Below are positions 37,701 to 50,300 of a stretch of 64,000 nucleotides of DNA, one piece after another (positions within the stretch are counted from its first letter, which is position 1; the number at the start of each line of letters is the position of its first letter). Source of the DNA: Patescibacteria group bacterium (lineage in GTDB: Bacteria > Patescibacteriota > Patescibacteriia > Patescibacteriales > UBA12465). Both the position numbers and the translations under genes were made by a program. Location: contig JBAZZR010000001.1 of the NCBI GenBank assembly GCA_041658665.1, positions 192,576 through 256,575 on the forward strand, given 5' to 3'. The notes beneath the pieces were generated by a model. That model saw only the letters and a list, made by a program, of their open reading frames with translations. It had not been told where the DNA came from and ran no database searches.

Positions 37701-38295
37701 TGCGGGGACTAATTACGAAATGGCCGCTACTTTTAGAAATACGGCGACAACAGGAAGTGTCTACAATGGATTAAAATTTATTCAGGGTTCAACTGAAAGT
37801 TTTCATCTTCTAACTACTAATGGCGCTACATACCTTAGAGGTATCGCAAATATTCCGATGATATTTTATACCAACAATGCGGAGCAGGTAAGGATATCAG
37901 AAACCGGCAACGTCGGGATAGGCACGACTAATCCGGTTACTAAGTTACACGTCGCGAGTACGACTAGCTTTAATATTTTAATTGCTAATGATGGTGGTAG
38001 CGCTGTTGGTTCATATGCGGGCGTATATTTTAAACCATCAGGTACATATTCAGCAGCGGGCGCGGGCGGCATAACTTTTGAACAGAGAGAAACATCGGGG
38101 AATTATAAGACCAGGATGAATTTTAGTAATTACGACGGCGGGGCTGGGACGAAGATGGTTATTGATGGTAGCAACATCGGCGTCGGCACGACTAGCCCTT
38201 CCTACAAACTTGATATTAATGGAACTTTTAAAGCTAGCGCGAGTTCAAGTTCAATTATTTTAGATCTAAACGGTGATGTCATGATTGGGATATGA
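31777..38295 (+). CDS. Giant secreted tail-fibre-like repeat protein 1 (2172 aa)
   Basis: Uninterrupted 6.5-kb ORF with an N-terminal signal peptide (...FPAQNALA). It carries more than 20 copies of the G-N-[VI]-G-I-G-T-x-x-P-x-x-K-L-x-V motif and 6 'AKLEVAA.SGYSILGG.QKIGNVA.PT..SD.AT.G[WY]V' anchor modules. Confidence 0.85.
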   Translation: MPLSFGRKLTFLLAVFILSGGFLLVFPAQNALAYHSPSSYQKLYNDTLTSDNWNELLFSTSTQPAGTGDFVNTWLPAFMNGPLGVGMSTFSNAGVSLDVVGKIKTDDLFSTGNIGIGTTIPSARLEVAALSGYSILGGSQKIGNVASPTASSDVATLGWVNSAISSATGSITLWGGTTGGNIWNLNSGNIGIGTTAPGSYKLNVQGGDVNFGGAILVAGAYAYFGNPASGAYSNFVGNNAPGKTSFAIRGATSQTANIFKITDATGTAAYLDVNASGNVGIGTASPQSKLHVSEDSGTGGSIQVTRVGQYSSILYGSDLNFDRASTAYITASNAAGALSLRTGGYNNRLTILSGGNIGIGTANPAKLLNLYASSTSPTELLIENSGSNGFTSASIILKGNGPSISSEGIYNWSPTYSSGSGWYFGRPYGGDGFSVNYQTGVFNANTANVSRSLFYITSAGNVGVGTTTPAAKLEVAAITGYSILGGSQKIGNVASPTANSDVATLGWVNSAISSATGSITLWGGTTGGNIWSLNSGNVGIGITNPTAKLELEVNVGNGNSYDILKFSGNSGDYGGLWLKSEWNSGQQSRIGFYGTSSTYRGIGFATNGATTPNVYINESGNVGIGTTTPAYKLEVLGTLNLPTNNAIRFDSTNNNAPWYIRNSGTGMSTLSFGIGAIQNSNDKIVFSSSGYLGVGTSTPVAKLNVDNGDISVTNSAAAGATREISVSQVNAGGGWATAIGAAPGVSYLRSIQGDPLQLRSGTTTLMYLMGNGNIGIGTTAPAAKLEVAASSGYSILGGNQKIGNVASPTANSDVATLGWVNSAISSATGSITLWGGTTGGNIWSLNSGNVGIGTSAPGYKLDMQNVAINGQTLLNLETVGENSARLLRLAGTAQAGINFTNTEVNRDDYELYNNYGTFQLYNTTDSRVDIQVTSGGNVLLSQSAGNVGIGTTTPATNLHVQGRGNVEGNGVGILNRADIPGLMLLDDSTEYGALLNYYSGDLRIFNKNSANNFAISDMAMIIKGSGNIGIGTTAPEAKIHIAANDFTTSLMDSAGGTWWYGNYDYYRRSRGTLSARTAVQDGDLIVNHNYQGYDGSTWQTGAGFQVKVDGAVTSGIVPMQYYLENRGADGIWRQNLVIRSTGNVGIGTTSPVAKLEVAASSGYSILGGSQKIGNVASPTANSDVATLGWVNSAISSATGSITLWGGTTGGNIWSLNSGNVGIGTSAPTAKLDVNGDFNQGHILTSYSSYVTTGVPEYKTVTLNAVDGTTLDWSAMYRIRVAVSGDTSTQTGATYLVWDSSSYVGDARVWNIRMVNRAGSTSNHVQARLNGNTVEVYHTLNPNSYEIAVFVEKLETNNQSSLSLFGADYTWQRDINSLYYTDGNVGIGTTTPSTKLDVFGSIRLGDGGTNSALTFNSTLNGYLVLGGTANLSVYQNSVYPITSEGAGAVGNTLYLKQGNIGIKTANPRGNLDVTGADAAATTGATANGGLIISGSGTGVINSMGVYSAGTPYAWIQPRYATSATYYNLILNPNGGNVGITTATPTAELEMGLGAGYSILAGSQKVGNIALPTIASDAATKGYVDSSIGSGINGSTNYIPKFTGANSIGDSVIRQQTSGGTGVDVGAYVSLGFSGSNYGSVGYNLAFLATSSQFNYRHTDTASKLEFASGGFQFETAPSGTGGTAISFSRALTILQNGNIGIGTPSPSSKLEVSSVTGTVDSGSGLEITGTGTGAQSWYITPTASQTLLIGRPALRLIAIGNDGSLGGGGLGSDAAASTDAAYYFNGSAGNSWINAGNVGIGTTGPGKLLELSSTSAPSLRIRNTNYTPNRTFDIVAQDSGGLYIVDKDSHYLMNINDTTNGIIIGTSYATGAYSPPSDGLLVQGNVGIGTTSPVAKLEVAALSGYSILAGSQKIGNVALPTAVSDAATKGYVDSSFAPGGSNSLWNGTSTGNIWNMNSANVGIGTTNPTDKLYVSYAGTNYEMAATFRNTATTGSVYNGLKFIQGSTESFHLLTTNGATYLRGIANIPMIFYTNNAEQVRISETGNVGIGTTNPVTKLHVASTTSFNILIANDGGSAVGSYAGVYFKPSGTYSAAGAGGITFEQRETSGNYKTRMNFSNYDGGAGTKMVIDGSNIGVGTTSPSYKLDINGTFKASASSSSIILDLNGDVMIGI
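32111..37680 (+). repeat. In-frame ~1.1-kb super-repeat, gene 1 (6 anchor modules)
   Basis: Anchor-module starts lie at approximately 32111, 33154, 34091, 35200, 36375 and 37424 (spacing 0.94-1.18 kb). The first four are highly similar at DNA level, for example 32161-32340 vs 34141-34320. Confidence 0.85.
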
Positions 38296-38312
38296 TGAAT
38301 TGGGATATGATG
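38283..38312 (+). repeat. Perfect 15-bp tandem duplication (ATTGGGATATGATGA x2)
   Basis: The copies are at 38283..38297 and 38298..38312. The first copy contains the TGA stop of giant gene 1. Confidence 0.9.
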
Positions 38313-38321
38313 AATAAAAAA

Positions 38322-38330
38322 TGTTATAAT
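38322..38330 (+). promoter_or_regulatory. Extended -10 promoter TGTTATAAT
   Basis: An exact TGTTATAAT lies 12 nt upstream of ATG 38342, so the leader is very short or the transcript is near-leaderless. Confidence 0.45.
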
Positions 38331-38341
38331 TAGCAGACGGT

Positions 38342-41300
38342 ATGAGACACAGAAATAAAAATATAATATGGCTAGTTGTTCTCGGCTCATTGCTGTCTTT
38401 TTCGGTTGCTTCGGCGAAGAATTTTACGATTTATAATGCGCTTAATATTAATCAGCCATATTTTTCAGTTAACGGCACGACTGGCAACGTCGGCATCGCT
38501 ACCACTACTCCAGCCGCTAAATTAGAAGTAGCCGCTCTATCAGGTTATTCTATTTTAGGCGGTAATCAGAAAATCGGAAACGTTGCTAATCCGACGGCGA
38601 GTTCTGATGTCGCGACTTTAGGCTGGGTTAATTCAGCTATTTCTTCAGCAACTGGTAGTATCACTCTCTGGGGCGGAACAACGGGCGGAAATATTTGGAG
38701 TTTGAATTCGGGGAATGTGGGAATTGGGACGAGTAATCCAGCTAATAAATTACATATTTATACAAACACAGCAAGGACAGATCAATTAGTTCTTCAAAAT
38801 CCATCAGGTTCCGCTACCACTCGCACTCACTTTGGAAGCTGGTACGATGCTACTGTATTAGCTCAAAATGCTTATTTCAATAATGGTTGGACCGCAGATG
38901 ATGTCACTAAGGGCTCAACTCAAATATCAATGGGTGTTAGTGATATTGTTTTTCAAACAGCTCCAGCAGCGGCAACTCCAAGTTTTGCTACAAGGATGAC
39001 AATAACAAACAATGGCTCCGTCGGCATCGGTACAACTAATCCGGGAGTTAATAAAGTCTCTATAAGTGGAGCGTTCACTAGTGCAGCCAGTAATTCAAGT
39101 TTATTTGTTTCACAAACCGGCGGCACGGCTATTAATGATGCGACTGGTATTTATCCGGCCATATATGGTTATTCGAATTTGCCAGGCTGGTATGCCAATA
39201 ACCTCGCAATCGGAGTAAAAGGGGAAGCTAGGAACGAAAGCAGAATAGGGTCTACACACAGAATAGGTGTCTGGGGGCATGCGGAATATAATGAGAATAG
39301 TGCTTATACTACTTATGCTTACGAAGGAGGAAGTTTGCGGGCAGGATATTTTGATAATATAGTAACCTGGACATCGGGACAGAAACCTCTTACTACTGCC
39401 TATGGGTTATATGTAAAGGCAGTAAATTTAGGAACTGGTAGTAGAGTTAATAATGTATATGGTTTATACCTTGATAATAATACGATAAATGGAACAGTTG
39501 AGGGCGGACAGTACGGCGTATATCAATTAGGTAGCGGAGTAAATAATTATTTTGCGGGAAATGTCGGCATCGCTACCACTACTCCCGCCGCTAAATTAGA
39601 AGTGGCGGCTTTATCGGGTTATTCTATCCTGGCCGGCAGTCAGAAAATTGGTAACGTGGCTAATCCAACCGCGAATTCTGATGTTGTTACTTTAGGTTGG
39701 CTTAATTCGGCGATTGCCCCTCTTAACCCCGGAGGTTCTAATTCTCTTTGGAACGGAACTTCGACGGGAAATATTTGGAGTGTTAATTCCGGAAATGTGG
39801 GGATTGGGACGACGAATCCGGCGGCTAAAGCGGACATTAACGTCGGTGGCTGGGGAACTGGAGCGCATGTCGCTTTTGATGATATTGTTGATAGTTATCC
39901 TGCTATAAAGCTTTACGCTCATACTGGTGATGGTACTACTTTCAAAAGTTATCAGCAGGCTGTTAATAGCGCTGGCACTTTAAAATTTTATTCAGGGAGT
40001 TCTGCTGTGTTAGGCGCTGAGACTTTGACTGAAAGAATGGCAATAACAACCGGCGGCTACGTCGGCATAGGCACAACTACGCCGCGAGCTCTATTGGATG
40101 TTTATGGTAATGCAACAATCGGAGGTTCTTTAATTGTTAACGATAATGCTACCGGTTACGGAACGGCCGCCAGTCTTAAACTTCAATATGATCAAGATAA
40201 TAATTTTTATGAGTTAGGGACGAGATTCCCAGATTTTTTCATTAAACAAAATACAACAGAATTTTTGACAATTAAAAGTGGTACGGGCAACGTAGGCATC
40301 GGGACGACAAACCCGGGGCAGAAATTAGATGTTTATCCTTCATCGGGTGACTCGGCTATCAGAATAAGATCGGCTGACGGTAACGCACAATTATATATTG
40401 ACGCAGGTGGGACAAATAAAAATTCGGGCGTCTCTTATAATCTGTCAGGAGCACAAAAATGGTTTGCCGGCTTGAAATATGGTAGTACTAATAATTTTGC
40501 AATTTATGAAGCGGATGGCTCTGATACTTCAAGATTAACAATAATCCCGGGAGGAAATACCTATCTCGCCCAGAATGGCGGCAACGTCGGCATCGCTACC
40601 ACTACTCCCGCCGCTAAATTAGAAGTAGCTGCTTTATCTGGCTATTCTATATTAGCTGGTAATCAAAAAATTGGTAACGTGGCCGCTCCTTTGATCACTG
40701 GAGATGTTGTTACTCTCGGTTATTTACAGAGCTATGTTAACGCTTCTTCTTCTGACTTATGGAGCGGGACTAAGGACGGAACTATTTGGAACGGCGCGGC
40801 TGGATCGGGTAAAGTCGGGATTGGGACAGTTAACCCGACAGCGAAACTTTCTATTAACGCTACGGGGACGCCGTCAACGGTTCAGGCCTTATCAGTAGTT
40901 GGTAATGGAGCTTGGGGTTCAGGATACTTAGCCTCCCTTGGTAATTATACTTCGATATCTCAAACTAGTAGCGGACAAGGATTTATGTCTTGGGGCGCTT
41001 ATAATAATGGTTCAAGTTGGGTACGAACTTATGACGGCGGAATGGGTCTAGCTAATTTAGTTTTTGGCACTGGTCCATATTTTAGTATTCAAACCGATAC
41101 GGCCACGTCGGGAGTCCCGAATTTTGTCGACCGTTTAACGGTTGGTACTAGTGGAAATGTTGGGATTGGGATAAACCCATCACACAAACTTGATGTAAAC
41201 GGAACTATAAATATTGCAAGAGGTTCAAATTTGTTTTTTGGAAGTGGAGATGCCGGTCTTTCAAGTAATTTCGGAACTACTGGATACCTAGCCTTCAATA

Positions 41301-44300
41301 CTTGGGGTCCTGCTTCTTATACAGAAAAAATGAGAATCGATGGTGCTGGCAACGTCGGTATCGGCACCACTACTCCGTCAAAGAAATTAACTATTATTAC
41401 TCCCGATAGCGATATTGGTTTACGTTTCGTGGGTCCCGGTGGAGAGACTTATGATATTGGCGAAGAGACGGGTAATGAAATGAAAATATCATCGCAAACA
41501 TATTTAAATTTACATGCCTATCATCGAGCTACTTCTGACATACAAATAAGAAACGCTGATATTTTAATGAGACAGCCAACATTTTTTACTGTTGGCAACG
41601 TCGGCATCGCGACGACTACTCCTGCCGCTAAATTAGAAGTCGCTGCCGCTTCCGGCTATTCTATTCTTGCCGGCAGTCAGAAAATCGGTAACGTCGCTCT
41701 TCCAACCGCTAATTCCGACGCAGCAACCAAAGGTTATGTTGATAGTGCCTTTGCTCCGGGCGGTAGTAATTCTCTTTGGAACGGTACTTCGACCGGTAAT
41801 ATTTGGAATATGAATTCGGGGAATGTGGGGATTGGGACAACAGCACCGGGAGCAACAATAGTACCCGATCTCGCAACCCCGGGTAATGTATTGGAAATAA
41901 AATCACCAAATAATGTGAATGCGTTATACATGAGACGTAGTGACGGATTGGCAGGTTTAAATATTACAAATGAAGGGCAAAATACTGGAATCGTTTATTT
42001 AGACAGTATTTATAACAACACTGGGGCCAGTTATTCTGGATTTCAGTTCAGAGTTAGGACAAGTGGAACTCCGGTTAACGCAATGCGAATTGATGGTAAC
42101 GGCAACGTCGGGATTGGAATTATGAATCCGACTAGCAAGTTAGATGTTGCGGGTAGCTTTGAGGCTGATAATGGCTATAAGATAGTTAGGTTGCCACGTG
42201 GTGATGGAGCGACTAATTCTGTAAGATGGTACTTGCTCGCAGCGCTTCCTACAAATAGTTATCGGACACTTTCTTTTAACGTTCTGTCTTCTAATTATTT
42301 TGATTCATCAACCGGGCAAGACGATGTTCATTTTCAAATTACTAATTGGCTGACTAGTACTCCAGTAATTTCCTATTGGGTAAATAAGGGAAGCTTATCA
42401 ACGAATATTCCTGGAAGAATTATTGTTACTAATGAGGGGGATGGATATCTTCGAGTTTATTGTACGGTAGCTAGATATGGAGACGCGACATTAATTACTC
42501 AAGAGTATACTGGAATAAATGGCGACTCTTACTCTTTAAACCCAGCCGAATTTGCTCAGGGTTCAGCGATTCCGTCTGGTATTTCAGCTAGCGTTATATA
42601 TGATACTAGTACAGCTGCGCCAAATCATTATTTTGCATTAGGAAACACTGGTATTGGATATTCTAGTCCAGGAACGGCAGCCTTGGCAGTAAATGGCAAC
42701 GTCGGTATCGGGACGACGAATCCGACTGAAAATTTACAGGTCGGTAACGGCGCCGGTTATGCTCATCTAATGCTCCAATCCAATGGCGGCGGCGGATATA
42801 TTAAATTTAATGATGCTGTTAATGCGACTACTCAATATATCGGTCATCTTAATACGACTGGAGCTATTCAGTTTGCTGCTGGAACGACAACCCCACAAAT
42901 GACCTTTAATACGGCTGGTAATTTAGGAATTGGTACTACTGTTCCCGCCGCTAAATTAGAAGTGGCCGCTCTATCAGGTTATTCTATTCTTGCCGGCAGT
43001 CAAAAAATTGGTAACGTCGCTCTACCGACTGCTGTTTCGGACGCAGCGACTAAGGGTTATGTTGATAGTGCCTTTGCTCCGGGCGGAAGTAATTCTCTCT
43101 GGAACGGTACTTCGACGGGAAATATTTGGAATATGAATTCGGGGAATGTGGGGGTTGGTACTAGCAGCCCAGCGCTTAGATTGCATGTCGTCGGTTATAC
43201 GGACGGAGGCTCGGCCTGGACTCCACAAGCTGTTTTTCAAAATGGTTACAGCTCGATTGGACAAAGCGGTGTAAGATTTAGAAGTAATAACCAGAATATA
43301 AATTATGACTTATTTGGTTATGATCATGCGACAGCCGGTGATGAATATTTAGGTTTGGATGTTTGGAGCGGGGGGGCAACTAATGCTCAGTTTAGAAATA
43401 CGCCCGCTTTTGCTTTAACTGTCGCCGGTAACGTCGGCATTGGGACGACAAGCCCGTTGGCGAAGTTGGATGTTCAAGGGACAGACGTTGGCGCCACTAA
43501 AGCAATTATAGTTCGTAATTCCGCTGGAACTGATAATTTTTCAGTATCTAATAACGGACAAGTAAATATACAAGGTTCAACTAATATAGTTCCAATGTCT
43601 GGCGGTTCGGCCTATATACAGATTCGTAATAATGCAACGGGTTATATGACTGTTCAGGGAGATACGAGTTATGGTTTATTATTGAATCCTAATGGCGGCA
43701 ACGTCGGAATCGGAACATCAACGCCGGGATATAAACTAGATGTTTACAGCGGCTATGCTAACGCCACCAGGTATTATGCAAGAGGAGTTGGTGGCGCAGC
43801 CAGCTCAGCTTATATGTATGCCGATTCTGGTGGTTTGGCCGTAACTGGAGGATATATATATGCTGCTGGAGCAGGAAATGGTTTCTACGTGGCTAACACG
43901 GCGACCTTCCGCGGAAATATTGTTAACGACAGCGGAGCCCTTACCTTAAATCAGGCTGGCCAATCAAATACTAATATCGTACTAAATCCTACATCCGGCA
44001 ACGTCGGTATCGGTACCACTTCTCCCGTCGCTAAATTAGAAGTCGCTGCCGCTTCCGGTTATTCTATCTTGGCCGGCAGTCAAAAAATCGGGAACGTCGC
44101 TCTACCGACTGCTGTTTCGGACGCCGCGACTAAAGGATATGTTGATAGTTCTTTTGCTCCGGGCGGTAGTAATTCTCTTTGGAACGGTACTTCGACCGGT
44201 AATATTTGGAATATGAATTCGGGGAATGTGGGGATAGGAACGACGAATCCGGGGAGTTTATTAGAATTACGTAAAGATGTTACTGGGACGGTTGGCCCGA

Positions 44301-47300
44301 CGTTAACACTTAGCAATATTTATCACACAGCCGGGACTATTAATGAAATACAATTCCGTAATAATAATTCGATAGATTCGGGATTAGTTCCTAATGCGTA
44401 TATTAGATCAGTCCACACAGGAGCAGGAAATCAAGTAGGTCTGCAATTTGGAACTAGAGGGACCTCTGATTCATTGACTACTAAGATGACAATAGATAAA
44501 GATGGCAACGTCGGCGTAGGCATAACGAATCCGAACTCCCGTTTACATAGTTATAACTCTACGGCCGATGGTACAGCGCCGGGAAGAACAAGTGTTATAG
44601 ATGTCCTTACTTTAGAAACAGCGAATTCCACCATCGCGCCTTATCGAGGGTTTGGCCAGGGTTTGGAATTTAGAGGCAGAACATATTCTAATTCAACAGT
44701 TAGAACCTTAGGAAGAATAGCTACAGTTTTAACTGATGACTCAGGAACTGATACGGGAACGTCTATCGTTTTTCAAAATGTGCCAAGCTCCTCTACGGCG
44801 GTCGCTCCGGTTGAGAGGATGAGAATTGATTATAATGGAAATGTGGGTATCGGAACATCCGCGCCGGGAACTAAACTCGAAGTAATCGGCAGCGGCAGTA
44901 CATTCGCTACGACCAATTTTAGATTAGCTAACTCTAACAATACTACGATATTTGCAGTTCAAGATCATTCAGTTGGTAGGTTCACCGGACAATTTCAAAT
45001 TATAGGGGCTGGCGCCAGTCGATTATATGTTGAAGATACTGCTTCTATATTGGGGAATGTCGGAATCGGGACGACTACTCTCGCTAATGCTAGATTAACT
45101 ATTCTTCCTAGTGGTCAGAATTATGCAATTGATGCTGGTAGTTATCGTATCGGTAACGTCGCTCTACCGACTGCTGTTTCGGACGCCGCGACTAAAGGAT
45201 ATGTTGATAGTTCTTTTGCTCCGGGCGGTAGTAATTCTCTTTGGAACGGTACTTCGACGGGAAATATCTGGAATATGAATTCGGGGAATGTGGGGATTGG
45301 GACGACGAATCCAGCGGGTAAATTGACAATCCAAGAAGGAGAGTTATTAATTAACAATAATGCTTATTCTGGTTCGAGTAATGGCCTTTCTTTAAAAATG
45401 GATAGCGGAGATAATAATATTTATATTGTTAGTAAGAATGGAAACAATTTAAATTTAGGTACTGATAATTCAGTGGACTTAACTATAAAGCAGGGCGGCT
45501 ATGTAGGTATTGGGACAACAGCACCTTTAAAATTACTTAGTATGTCTAAGCTTGCTGGGGATGCGGTTTTAAGAATTGAAAATACTGGTAATGGAAATTC
45601 TTCTGGTATTGATTTTATAAGAGAACGTCAGACCGGGACGGGACAAGATGGTGGTTCAATATTTATGGATAGCGACACAGCTACCAATAACGCCTTACTT
45701 TATATTCAGGCGCAAAGTGCGAGTGTGTCTTCGGGGGTAACAGGTGCGTTATCTGCTAGTAATGGTGTTCGCTTATTACTTAGGGGTGGTACCGGTATTT
45801 TTTCTATAGAGAACGGTGCAACGGAAAGTATGCGTATTGTGGCCAACGGTAACGTCGGAATCGGAACGTCAGCGCCGGGACAGAAATTATCAGTAGTTGG
45901 AACTGGCTCTTTCCATTCAAACGCTACTTCAACAAATTATCAGTCGCAGATAAGAGTCGGTTGGTCAGATAGTTGGTATGGAGGAAATATTTTTGCAAAA
46001 TCTAACATCAACCTTAATTTAGCCACTGGATTTTATCAATACTATAGTTCATCTGCTGGCGGAGATAGATATCGTTCGGTAAATAATGATGGCACTGATC
46101 GATCAGGCGCATCTATCCAGTTATCAGGATATGGTGAAGTCCCGACAAGTAATAGAATAATTTTCTATAAATCAGCCCCTATTGCTAATAACACTGATTT
46201 TACTTCTTTAATTGAGATGGGCGCTTGGCAAGAAAATGGTCTTTATGTCGCCAATAATGTCGGAATCGGGACGACTACTCCGACCGCTGAATTAGAATTT
46301 GGTTCAGGTTCGGGTTATTCTATCCTCGCCGGCAGTCAGAAAATAGGTAACGTGGCTCTGCCGACTATTGCTTCAGACGCGGCGACTAAAGGATATGTTG
46401 ACGGCGCTTCTACTGCGTTTTGGAACTTGAATGGTTCTAATCTTTTCGCTTCATCGACGACTTGGAATGTGGGAATTGGGACGACTAATCCGGGCTATAA
46501 GTTAGAGTTATCGGGGGGTGATTTGCAAATTAATAATAATCAAATTTTAGCCACTCAAAATTCAGTAGCCGGTGGAGCAGTTTATACTTTTAATAATGTC
46601 GCTGCTTATTATGATTCATCCGCCAACGCTCAAGGATATCTAGTAATTGATACGACAATTCCTCAGGATAGTAATGTTATGTATGACTTTGATTTAATTG
46701 GCCATGTTTATATCTCTTCTAAAATTTTAGATTTACATATCGGCGCTTATTCTACTTCAGAAGGTAATGGTGGTTTCAGGGCTTTCTCCGTTTCTTCTAT
46801 GAGCAGTAATATGCCTAATGTACAAATCGCTCGTAATACTAATGGTAAAACCTCATTTATAATTGGAGCTGTTGGGACTGATTGGCGTTATACTAATTTA
46901 TCTGTTCCACGTTTTTCCGTGGGTTATAGCCGTAGCTTTGATTACGCTAACGGTTGGGATATGAGATTCACAACTGATATTTCTGCTTATACTAATATTG
47001 ATACTATCCCATATAGTTTGGCAGGTGTTACTGGATCGGGAACCGGTAATTATTTGACTAAATGGCAATCATCAGGCACTGGCTTAACCAATTCCACGGT
47101 TTTCGATAATGGAACTAACGTTGGGATAGGGACGACGGGGCCACACAGTTCACTCGAAGTTAGTAGTGCGACAACAGCGGAGTTAACATTGAATCGTCAA
47201 GGAGGATGGGCTACTGGTCCGGCAGGAATTAAATTTGCTACAGATAATAATGTAGCTGTTAATTGGACATTTGGTATGTTGCCAGACTCAACTAACAACA

Positions 47301-50300
47301 TGCATTTGAAATATAGTACTACCGAGCCGTTGACAATCTTGACGGGCGGCAACGTCGGCATCGGCACCACTTCTCCCGCTGCTAGATTAGAAGTAGTTGA
47401 TAATGCAGTAGTCAATTATAGTATATTAGCTGGTAATAAGAGAATTGGTAATGTCGCTTTACCTTCTTTAGCTTCCGATGCGGCGACTAAAGGATATGTT
47501 GACGGCGCTTTCGCTCCGGGCGGGAGTAATTCTCTTTGGAACGGAACTTCGACGGGGAATATTTGGAATTTAAATTCGGGGAATGTGGGGGTTGGGACGA
47601 CAAGTCCGGTCGCTAAACTTGAAGTTGTCGGCGATTTAAAGGCGACAACATTTGGTTGGTTTAGAGGTAACAGCAATGGGACTAACGCGATCTCCTTGAA
47701 ATTAGGAAGACAAATAGATTCAGAGGCGTCTCTGGCCGATATTTATACCGACGATAGCACGGGCGATATCTTAAAATTTAAGATTAATAGATATACGTCG
47801 AAATATAGTTTTGATTATGCTGGCCCTACTTATTCTAAAGGGGTAGAATTTAATTCTCATTACACGGCCGGTACCCAAGTAAGTTTGTATAATGAAGCGG
47901 AAGCCACAAAAGTTTATTTAAATACTAACGGTGGTTCATATTTTATGGGCGGCAACGTCGGAGTTGGGACGACTAATCCTGGGGTTAAGCTTGGTATTGA
48001 TGCAGCAGATGCGGGGACGACTCTTGGCAGTTCTGGCGTGACGCTGAATGTTTCCAATTCGAATGCAACCGCGAATAATATTGCCGCAATCTCTTTTGGT
48101 AATGCCGCCGGAGGAGCAGGTTGGTCACAGATTGGTGCTATTTATGCTGATCATACGGGGAACAGTGAAGATCAACACATTTTTTTTAGAACGATTGAGG
48201 CTGGAGCAGCTACGGAAAAAATGAGAATTACAAATAACGGCAACGTCGGGATCGGGACGACGAATCCGGGCGCACAATTAGAAATCACTGTAGGCAGTAC
48301 AGACAAGCCGGCGGCGATTATTAATGTTACGACTGCCCAGAGTTCCAATAAGAATGTTTATATTAAAAATAGTGGTCAAGCAGCCGTTGGTTTTTCTAGT
48401 TATCCTGGTGCATATACCCCGTCTTTAGTAATCCAAAATAATAATAATAGTAGGTTGTTATGGATATCTCCCCTGGATGGTTCTTCTGGCGCGAATGCTA
48501 GATTAAGGGTCGGTGCTACGGGATTGGATATATATACCGGAGGGACGACTTCTGATACTGGTAATTTAGGTTTTTCTCAAAATATTTCTGGTCTCGTTTC
48601 AATCGGCACAACTACTCCCGCTAACGCTAAATTAACTATTGTTCCTAACGGTCAGACCTACGCGATTGATGCCGGGAATTATAAGATTGGTAACGTCGCC
48701 GCTCCTTCTGCTAGTGCCGATGTTGTGACTCTCGCCTATTTACAAAGTTATGGGAACGCCTCTTCTTCTGAATTATGGAGCGGGACTAAGGACGGGGCTA
48801 TTTGGAATGGCGCGGCCGGAGCGGGGAATGTGGGCATCGGGACGACAAATCCGGGCAGTAAACTTAGTATAGCTGGGATCGGCGTTGCTAATACGCCTCT
48901 GACATTGACGCAGATTTTTAATACTATTCCCTATGTTGCTGGTAATGGCATGGGCGCGGCCCGCATAGAGTTAGGGCATGGTCAAATGCATGGCTATATA
49001 GAAGCGGGTGCGACCAGCGAGACTGATAGTTCTAAAGGTTATTTAGCCTTTGGTAATCTTCAGCCAACAAATGTTGTGGCAGAAGTAATGAGAATAAATC
49101 AGTCCGGCAACGTCGGCATCGGCACAACAAACCCTACTTATAAGTTATATGTTAACGGAACTATAGCCGCTAGTTCGACAAACTCTATTTTCGTACCGGC
49201 GGGGGCGGGGTATCGTTCTCTATTTTCTGATAATTTTAATTATTATACCCCCGCTTCTCATAGTAACCATTCTTGGTTTAGAAACAGTAGCAACCTTTGG
49301 AGTTTTCAAGGTGGGGTCGGCGGCGAAGATTGGACCCAGACGGCTCAGCTATATCTTGCTCCTGTAGGAACAGCGGGCGCTGACGATAAATTAATTGAAA
49401 TCGGTCAGAGAGTATCTAATGCTGCGGCTGGTGATTATAAGGGGTTAAGAGTAGTCCATTTTACTGGTAGCGCTATAGCCGATGGTTATCTACAAGCCGG
49501 TAATGTTTATTTTTCTGGTAATCTTGGAATTGGGACAACTACTCCGGCATATAAACTTCATTCTTATGCTGCTAGCGCCAACCTGATTACTTCAGAAGGT
49601 AATGGCGGTTCAGATTATTATGAGGGATCATTTTTAGCTAAATCAAATAATTCCGGTCGAGGCGCTGGTTTATTTACTACGAGTTTTGGTAATAATTCTT
49701 GGTTTATTGGTAACCCGTATAATTCAAATGGTAGCTTTATGGTTGGTTATCGATCAGGCGCATTTAGCTCGGCTACCGCTGATTATACTAACGCTAAACT
49801 TTTCATTAATTCCTCTGGCAATATGGGTATCGCGACCACTACTCTTGCTAACGCTAAATTAACTATTGTTCCTAATGGTCAGACTTACGCGATTGATGCT
49901 GGAAATTATAAGATTGGTAATGTGGCCGCTCCTTTAGTCGACGGAGATGTTGTTACCCGAGCCTATTTAGAAACTTATGTTGGTACTTCTACTGGTTATC
50001 TCCCTCTCGCCGGCGGGACTATGAATAGCGGCGCGGCTGTTAATATGAATAATGGCGGTATTTCTAGTCTTTCTAGCTTATCCATGAATGCTACGGGTAC
50101 AGCGACTATCTATAAATTAAATGTGACGACTATCGATCCTCTTTATAAGATTAAGGGTATTAATTACGCGACCTATGCGGCTTCGATTTCTGGCGGCGTT
50201 AAAGAAGAATACGTCGGTAAGATTAAATTGAAAGCGAAAAATAATAAAGAGTCGGAAGCCGTCGTTGACTTTGCTAAATTGCCGGTTGGGGATGATCTCT

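Noticed and set aside
39640-47676. Numerous 60-95-aa ORFs antisense to or out of frame with the giant genes. Examples are 39640..39837, 41734..41931, 44080..44316, 45142..45357 and 47416..47676, many sharing 'FVVPIPTFPEFIFQI.PVEVPFQRELLPPGAK'.
   Set aside because: They are the reverse-complement reading of the repeated anchor module, so their apparent conservation is a by-product of the sense-strand repeat. They lie entirely inside long, well-supported ORFs and have no independent start or RBS context.
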